Shown here one piece after another: positions 32,401 to 39,940 of a stretch of DNA of 64,000 bases. Position numbers and translations under genes: made by a program. Under the pieces are notes generated by a model. That model saw only the letters and a list, made by a program, of their open reading frames with translations. It was not told the DNA's origin and searched no databases. The DNA comes from Gammaproteobacteria bacterium (lineage in GTDB: Bacteria; Pseudomonadota; Gammaproteobacteria; Pseudomonadales; JAUIET01), in NCBI GenBank assembly GCA_030429735.1, contig JAUIET010000007.1:179002-243001 (forward strand), written 5' to 3'. Each line of letters starts with the position of its first letter. Position 1 is the first letter of the stretch.

Positions 32401-35400
32401 CTGCCCACCGCACCAAGCGGCATGACCATCAATTCGTCCACCGGACTGATTCAATGGACACCCGATGCTGAAGGCGTGTTCAGTGTAGTGGTCAGTGTTG
32501 ATGACGGCATTTTCTCAACGACGCAAGCTTTTACGCTAACGATAGTTCTTGCCAATGAAGGCCCCGAAATTACCAGTACCCCCTCCACCAGCGTAGACGC
32601 CGGAGTCACATATCAATATCAGGTAGAAGCGACGGACCCCGAAGGTGAAGACATCAGCTATTCGTTGACCACGGCACCGCTGGGTATGAGTATCAACGAC
32701 ACTACCGGCTTGATCAGCTGGGCCACCGATCTTGCTGACGCGGGTGTGCACCCGATTGAAGTGCGTGCTACCGACGCCAGCGAGCAATTTAGCACGCAAA
32801 GCTACCAGCTGACGGTGGTTGACGCCACGCCTAATCAGCCACCGCAAATCACATCTTCCGCACCGGTCATTGCAGTGACTGGCCAGGAGTACCAGTACAG
32901 TGTGATGGCAAGCGACCCAGACGGTGACTCATTAACGTATCAATTGACCGCAGCACCTGCTGGCATGACCGTGTCACCCACGGGGCTTATCAGCTGGCAG
33001 GCCGATGTTACACAGCTGGGCTTGAACAACGCGTCGCTACGCGTTGAAGATGGGCGCGGCGGCTTCGCCACGCAAAACTTCGTTGTTGAAGTGCTCGAAG
33101 GCGGCTTGCTGGCCTTGAACCTGGGCATTACACCGGCCATTGCCGTGCAGGGTAACCCGGTCACTATTACCACCACACCGATTAATGCAGTGGCGCCGTT
33201 CACCGTAGAGCTACTGGTAAACGGCAACGCAGTAACGCTGGACAGTAATTTTCAGGCCCAGGTCGTTGAAAACTCATTGGGCGAGCACAGCGTGCAGGCA
33301 ACGCTAACAGACCCAACCGGAACAGCGATGCAAACCGGCAGTTTCACCGTACGCGAGCAAAACAACAGCGCGCCGCCGGTGGTTTCAGTGCTGCAGCCGA
33401 TGTTGGGCGATGAAGTCACCGCCGCCACCGATGTGATCATTTCCGTCACCGACGACGGCGACTTGAGCAATTGGCGTTTGGTTACCTTCGAGCGCGGTTC
33501 CGCACCCAGTGAATTTTTGGTGCTGGCGGAAGGCACTGATACCGGTGAGAACATGACCGCCGCCAGCTTCGACCCCAGCCTGCTGTTCAACGGTCAACAT
33601 GTGATTGTGCTGCAGGCCTTTGACACTGCCGGCAACGAATCGCAAGACAATGTGGTTGTTAGTGTGGATGGTGACCTGAAGGTGGGCAATTTCTCATTTA
33701 CCATTGAAGACGTAAATGTGCCATTGGCGGGCATTCCCATCGCGGTGTCTCGCACTTATGACACACGGCAAAAACACCGTAGCATGGATTTCGGTCACGG
33801 CTGGAGTGTGGATTATCAAAACGTACGCGTGCACGAGTCGCGAACCCCCGGTGCATTCTGGCAGTTGAACCAATACATGACTGGCCCGTTGGGTACCTTG
33901 CTGCGTTATTGCGTAGAACCCCAGGGCGCTCCTCTGGTGACAGTCACACTGCCAAATGGCGATGTGGAACGCTTCGAAATTGCGGCCGACCCCGTGTGTA
34001 ACGACATTGTGCCCATTCTCGACGTAACGCTTGAATTCACGCCGCTTGGCGACACACAGAGCACACTCGAAGCGCTAAATGACAATACCGCGCGGCTGGT
34101 GAATGGCGCCTTGGTAGAAGACGGTTCGTTCTCACAGCCCGTGAACCCCAGCCGATACCTGCTGACCACACGCGCTGGCTACCAATACTATCTGCACCAG
34201 GCGTTTGGTGTTGAGCAAATCATAGACCCGAATGGGCATACGATTACCTACAGCGACAGTGGCATTGTGCATTCCAGTGGCAAAGCAGTGAGCTTTACTC
34301 GCGATAGCGACGGGCGTATCACGGCAGTTACTGACCCTTCGGGTAACAGCATCAGCTACAGCTACGACAGCAACAACGACTTGCAATCAGTAAGGGAACG
34401 CGACAGCGCCGAAAGCACCTACGTGTATAACACCGAGCATGGTCTGGTGGACATGTTTGACCCACTGGGCCGGCGCCTGGTGCGCAACATCTATGATGAC
34501 GACGGTCGCCTGATTGCCCAGGAAGATGAAAACGGTGTGCGCACTGATTTCAGTCATGATCTAAGCGGGCGTCAATCCATCATCACCGACCGCAACGGCA
34601 ACACCACAATCTTTGATTACGACGAACGCGGGAATGTCACCTCGCAGACCGATGCGCTGAGTAACACACGCACCTACACCTTTGATGCGCGCGACAATCA
34701 ACTGAGCGAGACTGACCCGCTGGGCAATGAGTCTACGGCCACCTACAACAGCAATAACGACCAACTGACGCAGGTGGATGCCCTGGGCAATGAGCTGCAA
34801 TTCAGCTACAACGCGCGCGGGCAGGAAACTCAGATTACCGACGCCCGAGGCAACGTGTATCAAAACACCTATGACTCGGTAGGTAATTTGCTCTCTGTCA
34901 CCGACCCGTTAAGCAATGTGGCCGGGAACAACATCAATGCTCAAGGCCTGGTAGCCAGCACTACTGATGCCGTGGGCAACACCACCAGCTACACCTACGA
35001 CAGCGAAGGCAACAAGCTCACCGAGCTAGACGCGCAAGGCAATACGCGCTCGTACACTTACGATGCCAACAATAACGTGCTTACCGAAACGGTGAACCGT
35101 TCCGTATTCGGCGTACCCGTGGGGGAAACGACCACATTCACTTATGATTCGCGTAACCGAGTGATCAGCACCATTGACCCGCTCGGTAACCTTACTCGCA
35201 GCGAATACAATCTCGCAGACCAGGAAACCGCGCAAATTGATGCCTTGGGCCGGCGAACTGAAATGGATTACGACGTGTACGGTAATCTGCTGGAAGTGCG
35301 TTACCCAGACGGTACCAGCACGCAACATGTCTATGACGCGGAAAACAACCGAACCAGCACCACAGACCGCCTGGGCCGCACCACCAGCTTTGGTTTTGAC

Positions 35401-37935
35401 GCACTGAACCGCCTGGTTAGCACAGCGTTCCCAGACGGCAGCACCACCCGCAGCGAATACGACGCAGCCGGTCGCCTCATCACCGAGATTGACGGCAACG
35501 GCAATCGCACCAATTATCGCTACGACGAAGCAGGCCGCCGAGTGGAAGTGGAAGACGCACTCGGCAATGTGCATACCCTCATTTATGACGGCGACGGAAA
35601 CGTAACGGGTGAAATCGACGCCAATGGCGTGTTCATGTTCTATACCTTGAACGGTCTCGACCAGCGAGTGAGCACGGTGTACCAAACCGGCGACCAGGTG
35701 TTTGAGAACTTCGACGCCCTGGGCCGCAGAACCGAGCATATAGACGAGGCCGGCATTCAAACCCAGTTCGGCTACGACGAACTGGGCCGCCTAAGCCGTG
35801 TTACGGACGCGCTCGGTAACACCTCCGAATACGAGTACGACGAACTTGGCAATAAACTGGTAGAAACCACCGCCGACTTCAATCGAACCAGCTGGGAATA
35901 CGACGCCCTGGGCCGCGCCACGCGCCGAACCCTGCCGGGCGGTCAAGTTGAAACCATGGTTTACGACGCCGTGGGCAACCTCACCAGTCATACCGACTTC
36001 AACGGTGACACCACCACGCACCAATACGATGTGAACAACCGCCTGATTCAAAGTGATTTTGCTGACGGCAGTCAGGAAACGTTCGCTTACGATGCCGAAG
36101 GCAATCGAACCGCCGCCACCTACACCGTAGGCGGTACAGCGAGAAGCTGGAGTTATGGCTACGACGGACTCAACCGCCTCACTAGCGAAACACAGCCCGA
36201 CGGCACAAACCTAACGTACACCTACGACGGGGCCGGCAATAAAACTTCGCTCACGGTCACGCAAGGCGCGAGCGCGCAAATCACCCGCTACGGCTATGAC
36301 GCGCTTAATCGCCTGGCCACGGTAACCGACCCGAATGGCAACGTGAGCAGCTACAGCTATGATGCCGTAGGCAATCGCACACTCATGGCGTATCACAACG
36401 GTAATCGCACGAACTATGTATACGACGGCCGTAACCGCCTGACGCGCCTGTCCACGACCGACAGCAGCAGCGAGGTTCTGCAACAATTCGACTACACCCT
36501 GCACCCAACCGGTCGGCGAACGCAGATTGATGAAGCCAACGGCAGAAGCACAAGCTATGGCTACGACGTGCTGTACCGGCTCACCAGTGAATCGATAAGC
36601 GATGCGGTAAATGGCGATTACACGGCAAGCTACAGCTACGACGCTGTAGGCAACCGTACTCAGTCTGTGATTGATGGCGTGACGACAGCGTACAGTTACG
36701 ACGAGAACAACCGCCTGACGCAACAAGGCGGGACTGTTTACAGCTACGACAGCCAGGGTAATACGCTCAGCGAAACGCTGGACGGAAATACCGTTAGCTA
36801 TAGCTACAACAGCCAGCATGAACTGATCGAACGCACCGATGCCAGCGGCTCAACGCTGTTTGAATACAACGCCGACGGCATTCGCACCGCGAAATCCGAA
36901 GGTGGAACAACAACGGCATTCACCATCGACAGCAATCGCGATTATGCACAAGTTATCCGTCAGAGTGACGGTGCAAGCAGCAGAGAGTATGTGTATGGCG
37001 ACGATCTAATCAGTCAAACGCTGGATGGTGTGGAGAGTGTGTATCACTATGATGGTTTGGGCAGTACCCGAAGCTTAAGTGATGCGGCAGGGAATCTGAC
37101 TGATAGCTATAACTATGAGGCTTTTGGGACTTTGTTGAATCAGACGGGGAGTACGGATAATAGCTATTTGTTTACGGGGGAACAGTTTGATGGAACGTTG
37201 GGGCAGTACTATCTCAGAGCGCGGTACTACGACCAAGGGGTAGGGCGGTTTACGCAGATGGATACGTGGATGGGTATTGGCATTGAACCAATAACGCTGA
37301 ATAAAAATCTCTACGCAGAATCAGATCCAGTCAATAACGTCGATCCGCTTGGCTTGTTTACCCTCCATGATTTTACGGCTGCCCAGAATACGCAAGCCGT
37401 AAACGCTACATTGAATCTAGCAGGGGCAGCGGTAATTTTTAGCAGTTCATTGGATTCGATGTCCTCCGGAGCATCCCAGAATTCGACTGCTTCCGGTATT
37501 AGGTGCCTATCAGCCGTCGTAGAATCTACGATGGGGATGCGAGCACCAAAAAATGCAAACGAAGAAAGAGAGTGCGGAGATCTAAATCAGATGCGAGCAC
37601 AATGGCAACAAGGAACATCTCCGATTGATGTTAGTGTTGTGTTGACAAATTTCCCAAACAGAGGAGTTTCCGTTCGGCAGGTCCAAGCTGGATTAAATCA
37701 GATATACTTAAGGCGAAGCGAACCAAATTGGTGGCCGTCGGCTTCATCGGGTTTAGACAGATGGATGTATGACAGTATCATCAGTCTAAGCAAAACGCTT
37801 AATGGTTTCCCACCTCATGGAGTGCCAGAGTTCACCACCGGGACGATTCTGACCAAACAGACAACTTACCGAAGTAAAAATTTCCGCATTGATATTGAAA
37901 ATATCCGAGGTAACAACCTTAAAAGATTGCACTAG
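26329..37935 (+). CDS. giant secreted RHS/YD-repeat polymorphic toxin with adhesin-like N-terminal region
   Basis: Uninterrupted 3868-aa ORF. In order it contains:
- a Sec signal peptide
- a His/Gly tract
- cadherin-like/He_PIG-type repeats ('ATDPDGDQLTYS...GLLSWTP')
- three ~95-aa 'NDAP...' repeats
- a DxSxS (VVDGSLS) vWA-like segment
- CARDB-like segments
- about 8 FG-GAP/VCBS blades ('DINGDGVPDI', 'DIEGDGQPEI', 'DFDSDGQLEI', 'DITGDGSPEL')
- dozens of YD repeats ('YxYDxxGNxxxxxD')
- the RHS core end 'RARYYDQGVGRFTQMD...DPVNNVDPLGL'. Confidence 0.9.
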   Translation: MTSPRTVSRLIFALAIPAFFVSPLTVAETENARNSQHEALNFRTSTASKSSSGGYSRYDRKKRGGHGNGHHGGGHHGGGHHGGGHGGKAPNCDAAFASPGKLWPPNNRYSKVRIDGVGGRGTYVAVQCITQDEPLKANRKGRKQYTAKGIGGSSAYVRKQRLGSENGRVYHIDYKAWNRHGQCTGTVTVGVPKNRWSKAIDDGRLVSAAKNNRKCSISPVNQPPSISSTPLLNATAGVEYSYQATATDPDGDQLTYSVSQLPAGANINSQTGLLSWTPGSGQLGDHNIALEVSDGQGGSDSQSFTLTVERSNSAPLATPQQLTVNEDGSLAITLTGSDSDGDTLSFSVGSNPSAGVLSGEAPALVYTPALNFNGSDSFTFSVSDGELSSVPALVSIQVNSVNDAPTANAQALTLNEDSTLDITLSGSDPDGDSLSYTLLTPPGLGTISGTAPNIRYTANDNINGDDNFTFVVSDGTVDSTEATISLSILAVNDSPVAKDIQLETSAGTPVDVTLDSTDPDQDTLSYAVVTDPQNGVLSGAGQALSYTPNAGFSGTDSFTYRSNDGELNSNTATVQISVVSNNAAPVIGSTPVTQATQDSLYTYQVNASDDDGDPISFALQTAPSGMSVDATSGEISWLPTSSDATNVLASNAQCKIPGSEQEVFPEAMDAVMVVDGSLSNYMAWPWMSSALAGLDADLQLLGIGANASSNRYGLMYFGSTTSATEFESGLFGAVDELYEATFDAVPPGVGGRENGLLALQRTIDSYPFREDLPKNLIWIPDEPQQNNLENGETLAEFRQRLINGKFNVHVVTSFDFECDNDSRLILGLTAEGQAFVEDGRGGFETCEFDTSKLDDVSDTDAAFFLEPFVRTALASGGGAWSLRKLTQPPTADGPDILREALTTQLFGATVSVVAENQQSDLTVAGISVVQSAPEEHTAQVSIINRGLVASETSSAVNISSAANPETVLGSAIVPVIQPGETVQLAVLVSTASPPAVIRAAITPVLNECDTANNGANTPFVTIVASDPNGGEDTQSFSISVNNVNDAPQITSNPDNTAQVGRTFSYTPQVQDADIGDAHSYRVTGSGIASIDSISGVFTVQPKQSDVGTHNFAITVTDLAGESDTQSFALTIVGNYITPFFDDHPRSNRAIIDQLFQSTPSVTADPTAVLSFSLLESPSGMSIDELTGTVSWTPSPDDFDRIHLVTIVLSDQFNNRDALSFMVFGDTVNTPPSIVDEPDTLATLGDAFQTELEIADDNVREDYTVSLNTTTNVTIDNAQLNGLDTTSILLNWGRFNVDGSFPQHMRQTDHLCQHPASTLPNAAVQFRPLWDEQRLFIGDFVLAAPLADSNGDGQINTLDRNSVLISYPSGDTRILEALDGISGQSLWVHGFERSSGIPPSRRHAPAIADINGDGVPDIIQLAEDNTTLFAMSTDDGRELWRTSEPVSTGFNTYGYGQVTLTDIEGDGQPEILVAYAVFDANGNLLMRLPEPTDGAGSSVGSPIYPVDLDMDGERELVQAGVVRSINNSEIWRVTFPDGHSSRLAFSAFANFDSDPEPEMILVERSAADQAASVSLVDNGGALLWGPVAISVVGQPVVADFDSDGQLEIFVAGDETLFDHLGNVQWSLNSQGNSDGETALAADIQNNGRVELILHRDGRTSIIDGLTGAVIVDALIGAAESSHIPVLVDITGDGSPELISTDSRSVQVATYIGSVVNPSLPNLVNQRWWQANTLTSDLQVNPVVSTPWVDNNADQSLTVATRLFDQGISDIRVGAPQGSRSQISVELYNRGTAATNTTVDVTIYAGNPDAGGTELATQAIGSLDISETRILTFPVTVPEDFVGEIVARAVPRTAITECQTNNNSTSAHLLDVVVEDYAGAAFVKDFLLGVQYEIDTFSLSSPTPTTATEGEEFSLQIEFNRSVTSKDDNNTAFYSFTAAPDGASIDPLTGLLTWTPDYGQAGTHSIAVIAYHLDGASQRFLSVTVQPSANTPPEITSTPVTGSRPLEPFVYDVQATDADGDTLSYSLPTAPSGMTINSSTGLIQWTPDAEGVFSVVVSVDDGIFSTTQAFTLTIVLANEGPEITSTPSTSVDAGVTYQYQVEATDPEGEDISYSLTTAPLGMSINDTTGLISWATDLADAGVHPIEVRATDASEQFSTQSYQLTVVDATPNQPPQITSSAPVIAVTGQEYQYSVMASDPDGDSLTYQLTAAPAGMTVSPTGLISWQADVTQLGLNNASLRVEDGRGGFATQNFVVEVLEGGLLALNLGITPAIAVQGNPVTITTTPINAVAPFTVELLVNGNAVTLDSNFQAQVVENSLGEHSVQATLTDPTGTAMQTGSFTVREQNNSAPPVVSVLQPMLGDEVTAATDVIISVTDDGDLSNWRLVTFERGSAPSEFLVLAEGTDTGENMTAASFDPSLLFNGQHVIVLQAFDTAGNESQDNVVVSVDGDLKVGNFSFTIEDVNVPLAGIPIAVSRTYDTRQKHRSMDFGHGWSVDYQNVRVHESRTPGAFWQLNQYMTGPLGTLLRYCVEPQGAPLVTVTLPNGDVERFEIAADPVCNDIVPILDVTLEFTPLGDTQSTLEALNDNTARLVNGALVEDGSFSQPVNPSRYLLTTRAGYQYYLHQAFGVEQIIDPNGHTITYSDSGIVHSSGKAVSFTRDSDGRITAVTDPSGNSISYSYDSNNDLQSVRERDSAESTYVYNTEHGLVDMFDPLGRRLVRNIYDDDGRLIAQEDENGVRTDFSHDLSGRQSIITDRNGNTTIFDYDERGNVTSQTDALSNTRTYTFDARDNQLSETDPLGNESTATYNSNNDQLTQVDALGNELQFSYNARGQETQITDARGNVYQNTYDSVGNLLSVTDPLSNVAGNNINAQGLVASTTDAVGNTTSYTYDSEGNKLTELDAQGNTRSYTYDANNNVLTETVNRSVFGVPVGETTTFTYDSRNRVISTIDPLGNLTRSEYNLADQETAQIDALGRRTEMDYDVYGNLLEVRYPDGTSTQHVYDAENNRTSTTDRLGRTTSFGFDALNRLVSTAFPDGSTTRSEYDAAGRLITEIDGNGNRTNYRYDEAGRRVEVEDALGNVHTLIYDGDGNVTGEIDANGVFMFYTLNGLDQRVSTVYQTGDQVFENFDALGRRTEHIDEAGIQTQFGYDELGRLSRVTDALGNTSEYEYDELGNKLVETTADFNRTSWEYDALGRATRRTLPGGQVETMVYDAVGNLTSHTDFNGDTTTHQYDVNNRLIQSDFADGSQETFAYDAEGNRTAATYTVGGTARSWSYGYDGLNRLTSETQPDGTNLTYTYDGAGNKTSLTVTQGASAQITRYGYDALNRLATVTDPNGNVSSYSYDAVGNRTLMAYHNGNRTNYVYDGRNRLTRLSTTDSSSEVLQQFDYTLHPTGRRTQIDEANGRSTSYGYDVLYRLTSESISDAVNGDYTASYSYDAVGNRTQSVIDGVTTAYSYDENNRLTQQGGTVYSYDSQGNTLSETLDGNTVSYSYNSQHELIERTDASGSTLFEYNADGIRTAKSEGGTTTAFTIDSNRDYAQVIRQSDGASSREYVYGDDLISQTLDGVESVYHYDGLGSTRSLSDAAGNLTDSYNYEAFGTLLNQTGSTDNSYLFTGEQFDGTLGQYYLRARYYDQGVGRFTQMDTWMGIGIEPITLNKNLYAESDPVNNVDPLGLFTLHDFTAAQNTQAVNATLNLAGAAVIFSSSLDSMSSGASQNSTASGIRCLSAVVESTMGMRAPKNANEERECGDLNQMRAQWQQGTSPIDVSVVLTNFPNRGVSVRQVQAGLNQIYLRRSEPNWWPSASSGLDRWMYDSIISLSKTLNGFPPHGVPEFTTGTILTKQTTYRSKNFRIDIENIRGNNLKRLH
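33682..37356 (+). other. RHS/YD-repeat shell region ending in the DPxGL cleavage motif
   Basis: Runs from 'VGNFSFTIEDVNVPLAGIPIAVSRTYDTR' (plug-like start) through continuous YD repeats to 'DPLGL' (37342-37356). Confidence 0.8.
37357..37932 (+). other. C-terminal polymorphic toxin domain of unknown family
   Basis: 192 aa after DPLGL ('FTLHDFTAAQNT...RIDIENIRGNNLKRLH'). Visibly more AT-rich than the RHS core. I recognise no nuclease, deaminase or ART motif. Confidence 0.6.
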
Positions 37936-38399
37936 TGAATAGAGACGAGTTAGTACGAACAGTAACATATGGGTTGAAAGATGGATCGTCGGCCATTGAT
38001 TCGCTTCGCCTTGGTGTTTCGATCATAGAAAAAATTAGGGGTAAAGCACCTGACCACACCTGGCCGCCCTCAGTTCTCGATGCTGATTTCTCAGAAGATG
38101 ACGCTAAGATGCTGATCGATTCTGTTAAAAACTTCCTAGATACAGTGGATAAAGGCGATGTGGCAGTTGGAACGGCGATATGGTTCCTTCAAAAAACATA
38201 TGATTCTAGCTTGCTGCCAATGCTTAATAGCTTGCTAGCCGTACTTGTCGAGGAGAACCAAGGTGCTGTATTTCAGTGTCTTTATGCAATTCAATCACTA
38301 GGCGGCGTGCTGCCAAATGAAGTGGTGTCTTCTCTGGATATTGAGGGGAATATGGTGACGGCCCGGGAATACATATCAAAAGGGTCGACAATAAGCTAA
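37935..38399 (+). CDS. putative cognate immunity protein of the RHS toxin
   Basis: The GTG start overlaps the toxin TAG stop by 1 nt (TAGTG at 37933-37937). 154 aa, no signal peptide, helical-looking, and the same AT-shifted composition. This is the canonical position for an immunity gene. Confidence 0.6.
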   Translation: MNRDELVRTVTYGLKDGSSAIDSLRLGVSIIEKIRGKAPDHTWPPSVLDADFSEDDAKMLIDSVKNFLDTVDKGDVAVGTAIWFLQKTYDSSLLPMLNSLLAVLVEENQGAVFQCLYAIQSLGGVLPNEVVSSLDIEGNMVTAREYISKGSTIS

Positions 38400-38419
38400 C
38401 TATGTAGCTAGCTGCACAT

Positions 38420-38751
38420 AAAATCGCATGGACAGGTAAAATCGCATGGACAGGCACTTCGAATAATATTTTTCGGAAGTATGGGGACCAGAAGTATGGG
38501 GCCAGAGTAAAAACTCTGGAGCTGTTCAAGGGGCGCAGATAAAATAGCAGGAACATCAGGAGGTTGATTCAAGGAACAAGAGCCAACTGGACAGGCACAA
38601 ACCAATTGATAAGCGGAGGCAACCAAATCGCAGGGACAGGCAATTCGAATAATATTTTTCATATTTTTCGCAATTGACTGGACAGGCACAAACCAATTCT
38701 GGGCCGCAGAACCGAGTGAGCAATTGACTGGACAGGCACAAACCAATTGAC
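38420..38751 (+). repeat. array of GGACAGG(C/T)-core repeats upstream of the RAYT-like gene
   Basis: Seven core copies in + orientation:
- 'AAAATCGCATGGACAGG' x2 (38420, 38438)
- 'AAATCGCA(T/G)GGACAGGCA(C/A)TTCGAATAATATTTTTC' x2 (38439-38475, 38625-38661)
- 'CAATTGACTGGACAGGCACAAACCAATT' x2 perfect (38671-38698, 38721-38748), plus a variant at 38583-38608. Confidence 0.85.
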
Positions 38752-38807
38752 TCCATGATTTAGCGCTTGTACGATAAAACCACTACTTAATCGTTAAAGG
38801 ACTAACG

Positions 38808-39755
38808 ATGCCTAGACCACGCAAGGAATTGGTATCCATTGCGGATACACCTTATTACCACATCGTTTCACGCTGCGTCCGTCGCACCTTCTTGTGCGGT
38901 TTTGATGAAGAAACTCAAGTCAGTTATGAGCACCGCCGCGAGTGGATCGAAACGCGAATACGCTTACTTACATCCGTGTTCGCGGTCGATGTATGTGCTT
39001 ACGCGGTGATGAGCAATCACTACCACATCGTTCTGAAGCTGGAACCTAAGCAAGCGGACGAATGGACTGACGATGACGTTCTTGAGCGCTGGCAAGTACT
39101 GTATAGAGGGACGCTGCTGGTTCAACGCTATGCACGCGGTGAGCCTCTGAATTGTATTGAATATCAGCAAGTTACAGACACATTAGCGATCTACCGTGAT
39201 CGCCTCAAAGACCTAAGTTGGTTTATGAAAAGCCTCAATGAACCCATCGCACGGCAGGCCAACAAGGAGGACGGCTGCACTGGGCATTTCTGGGAAGCAC
39301 GTTTTAAGTCGCAAGCGCTGCGCAGTAATGCAGCTTTGCTGTCATGCATGGCATACGTGGATCTGAACCCAGTCAGAGCAAGTATGGCACAATCACCTGA
39401 AGAATCAGAATACACAAGTATTAAGGAGCGTGTTGCACCTACTGATGATAAAGAACTACGTAACAGATCCGAAGACTTTACCGTCCCGGTCAAACCCCTT
39501 GCCAAATTTGCAGGATCACTACGGAAGGATGAAGAAGCGGTCATACCGTGCAGATTTGAAGAATACCTTGAGTTGATTGACTGGACCGGTCGAAGAATTC
39601 GCGGTGACAAACGCGGTGCAATCCCCGTGCACCTTGCGCCAATATTGAACCGATTGGGCATGAGAAGAGATCAATGGTTGCGAAATAGTACGCAATTTGA
39701 ATTGATTGGGAATATGGACACAGCGCCAAAGCAACCCCGACTAGCGAGTGGCTAG
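38808..39755 (+). CDS. Y1 HUH tyrosine transposase, RAYT / IS200-like (COG1943-type) with C-terminal extension
   Basis: 'PYYHIVSRCVRRTFLCG', the HUH motif 'SNHYHIVL' (HYH at 39018-39026), and the catalytic-Tyr motif 'AYVDLNPVRA' (Tyr at 39354-39356). Confidence 0.8.
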   Translation: MPRPRKELVSIADTPYYHIVSRCVRRTFLCGFDEETQVSYEHRREWIETRIRLLTSVFAVDVCAYAVMSNHYHIVLKLEPKQADEWTDDDVLERWQVLYRGTLLVQRYARGEPLNCIEYQQVTDTLAIYRDRLKDLSWFMKSLNEPIARQANKEDGCTGHFWEARFKSQALRSNAALLSCMAYVDLNPVRASMAQSPEESEYTSIKERVAPTDDKELRNRSEDFTVPVKPLAKFAGSLRKDEEAVIPCRFEEYLELIDWTGRRIRGDKRGAIPVHLAPILNRLGMRRDQWLRNSTQFELIGNMDTAPKQPRLASG

Positions 39756-39940
39756 GGTCAAGACATCGAGGCGATTCGATACACGAGCTTTCTAACCGCT
39801 TGCGATTGTTGGTGCTTCGATTGCCGATTTATGATCAAAATCGACAAGAATTCTCCTCCGTCAATGTTCTCAACTGGTAAAAGAGGACCGCTTGTTGTTT
39901 GAGCTGCTGGATTACTAAGCGTTCCGTTTTAATTTGTGCA

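Noticed and set aside
26329-37935. Classifying the RHS protein as a T6SS effector
   Set aside because: It has an N-terminal Sec signal peptide. I see no PAAR-like motif, and no vgrG, hcp, tss or chaperone (DUF1795/DUF4123) genes nearby. T6SS delivery is therefore unsupported by this window.
38224-38756. Minus-strand ORFs 38224..38556, 38408..38746 and 38556..38756
   Set aside because: They run through the repeat cluster and antisense to the immunity ORF 3' end. Their peptides are repetitive ('ACPCD', 'VCACPV') and have no family resemblance.
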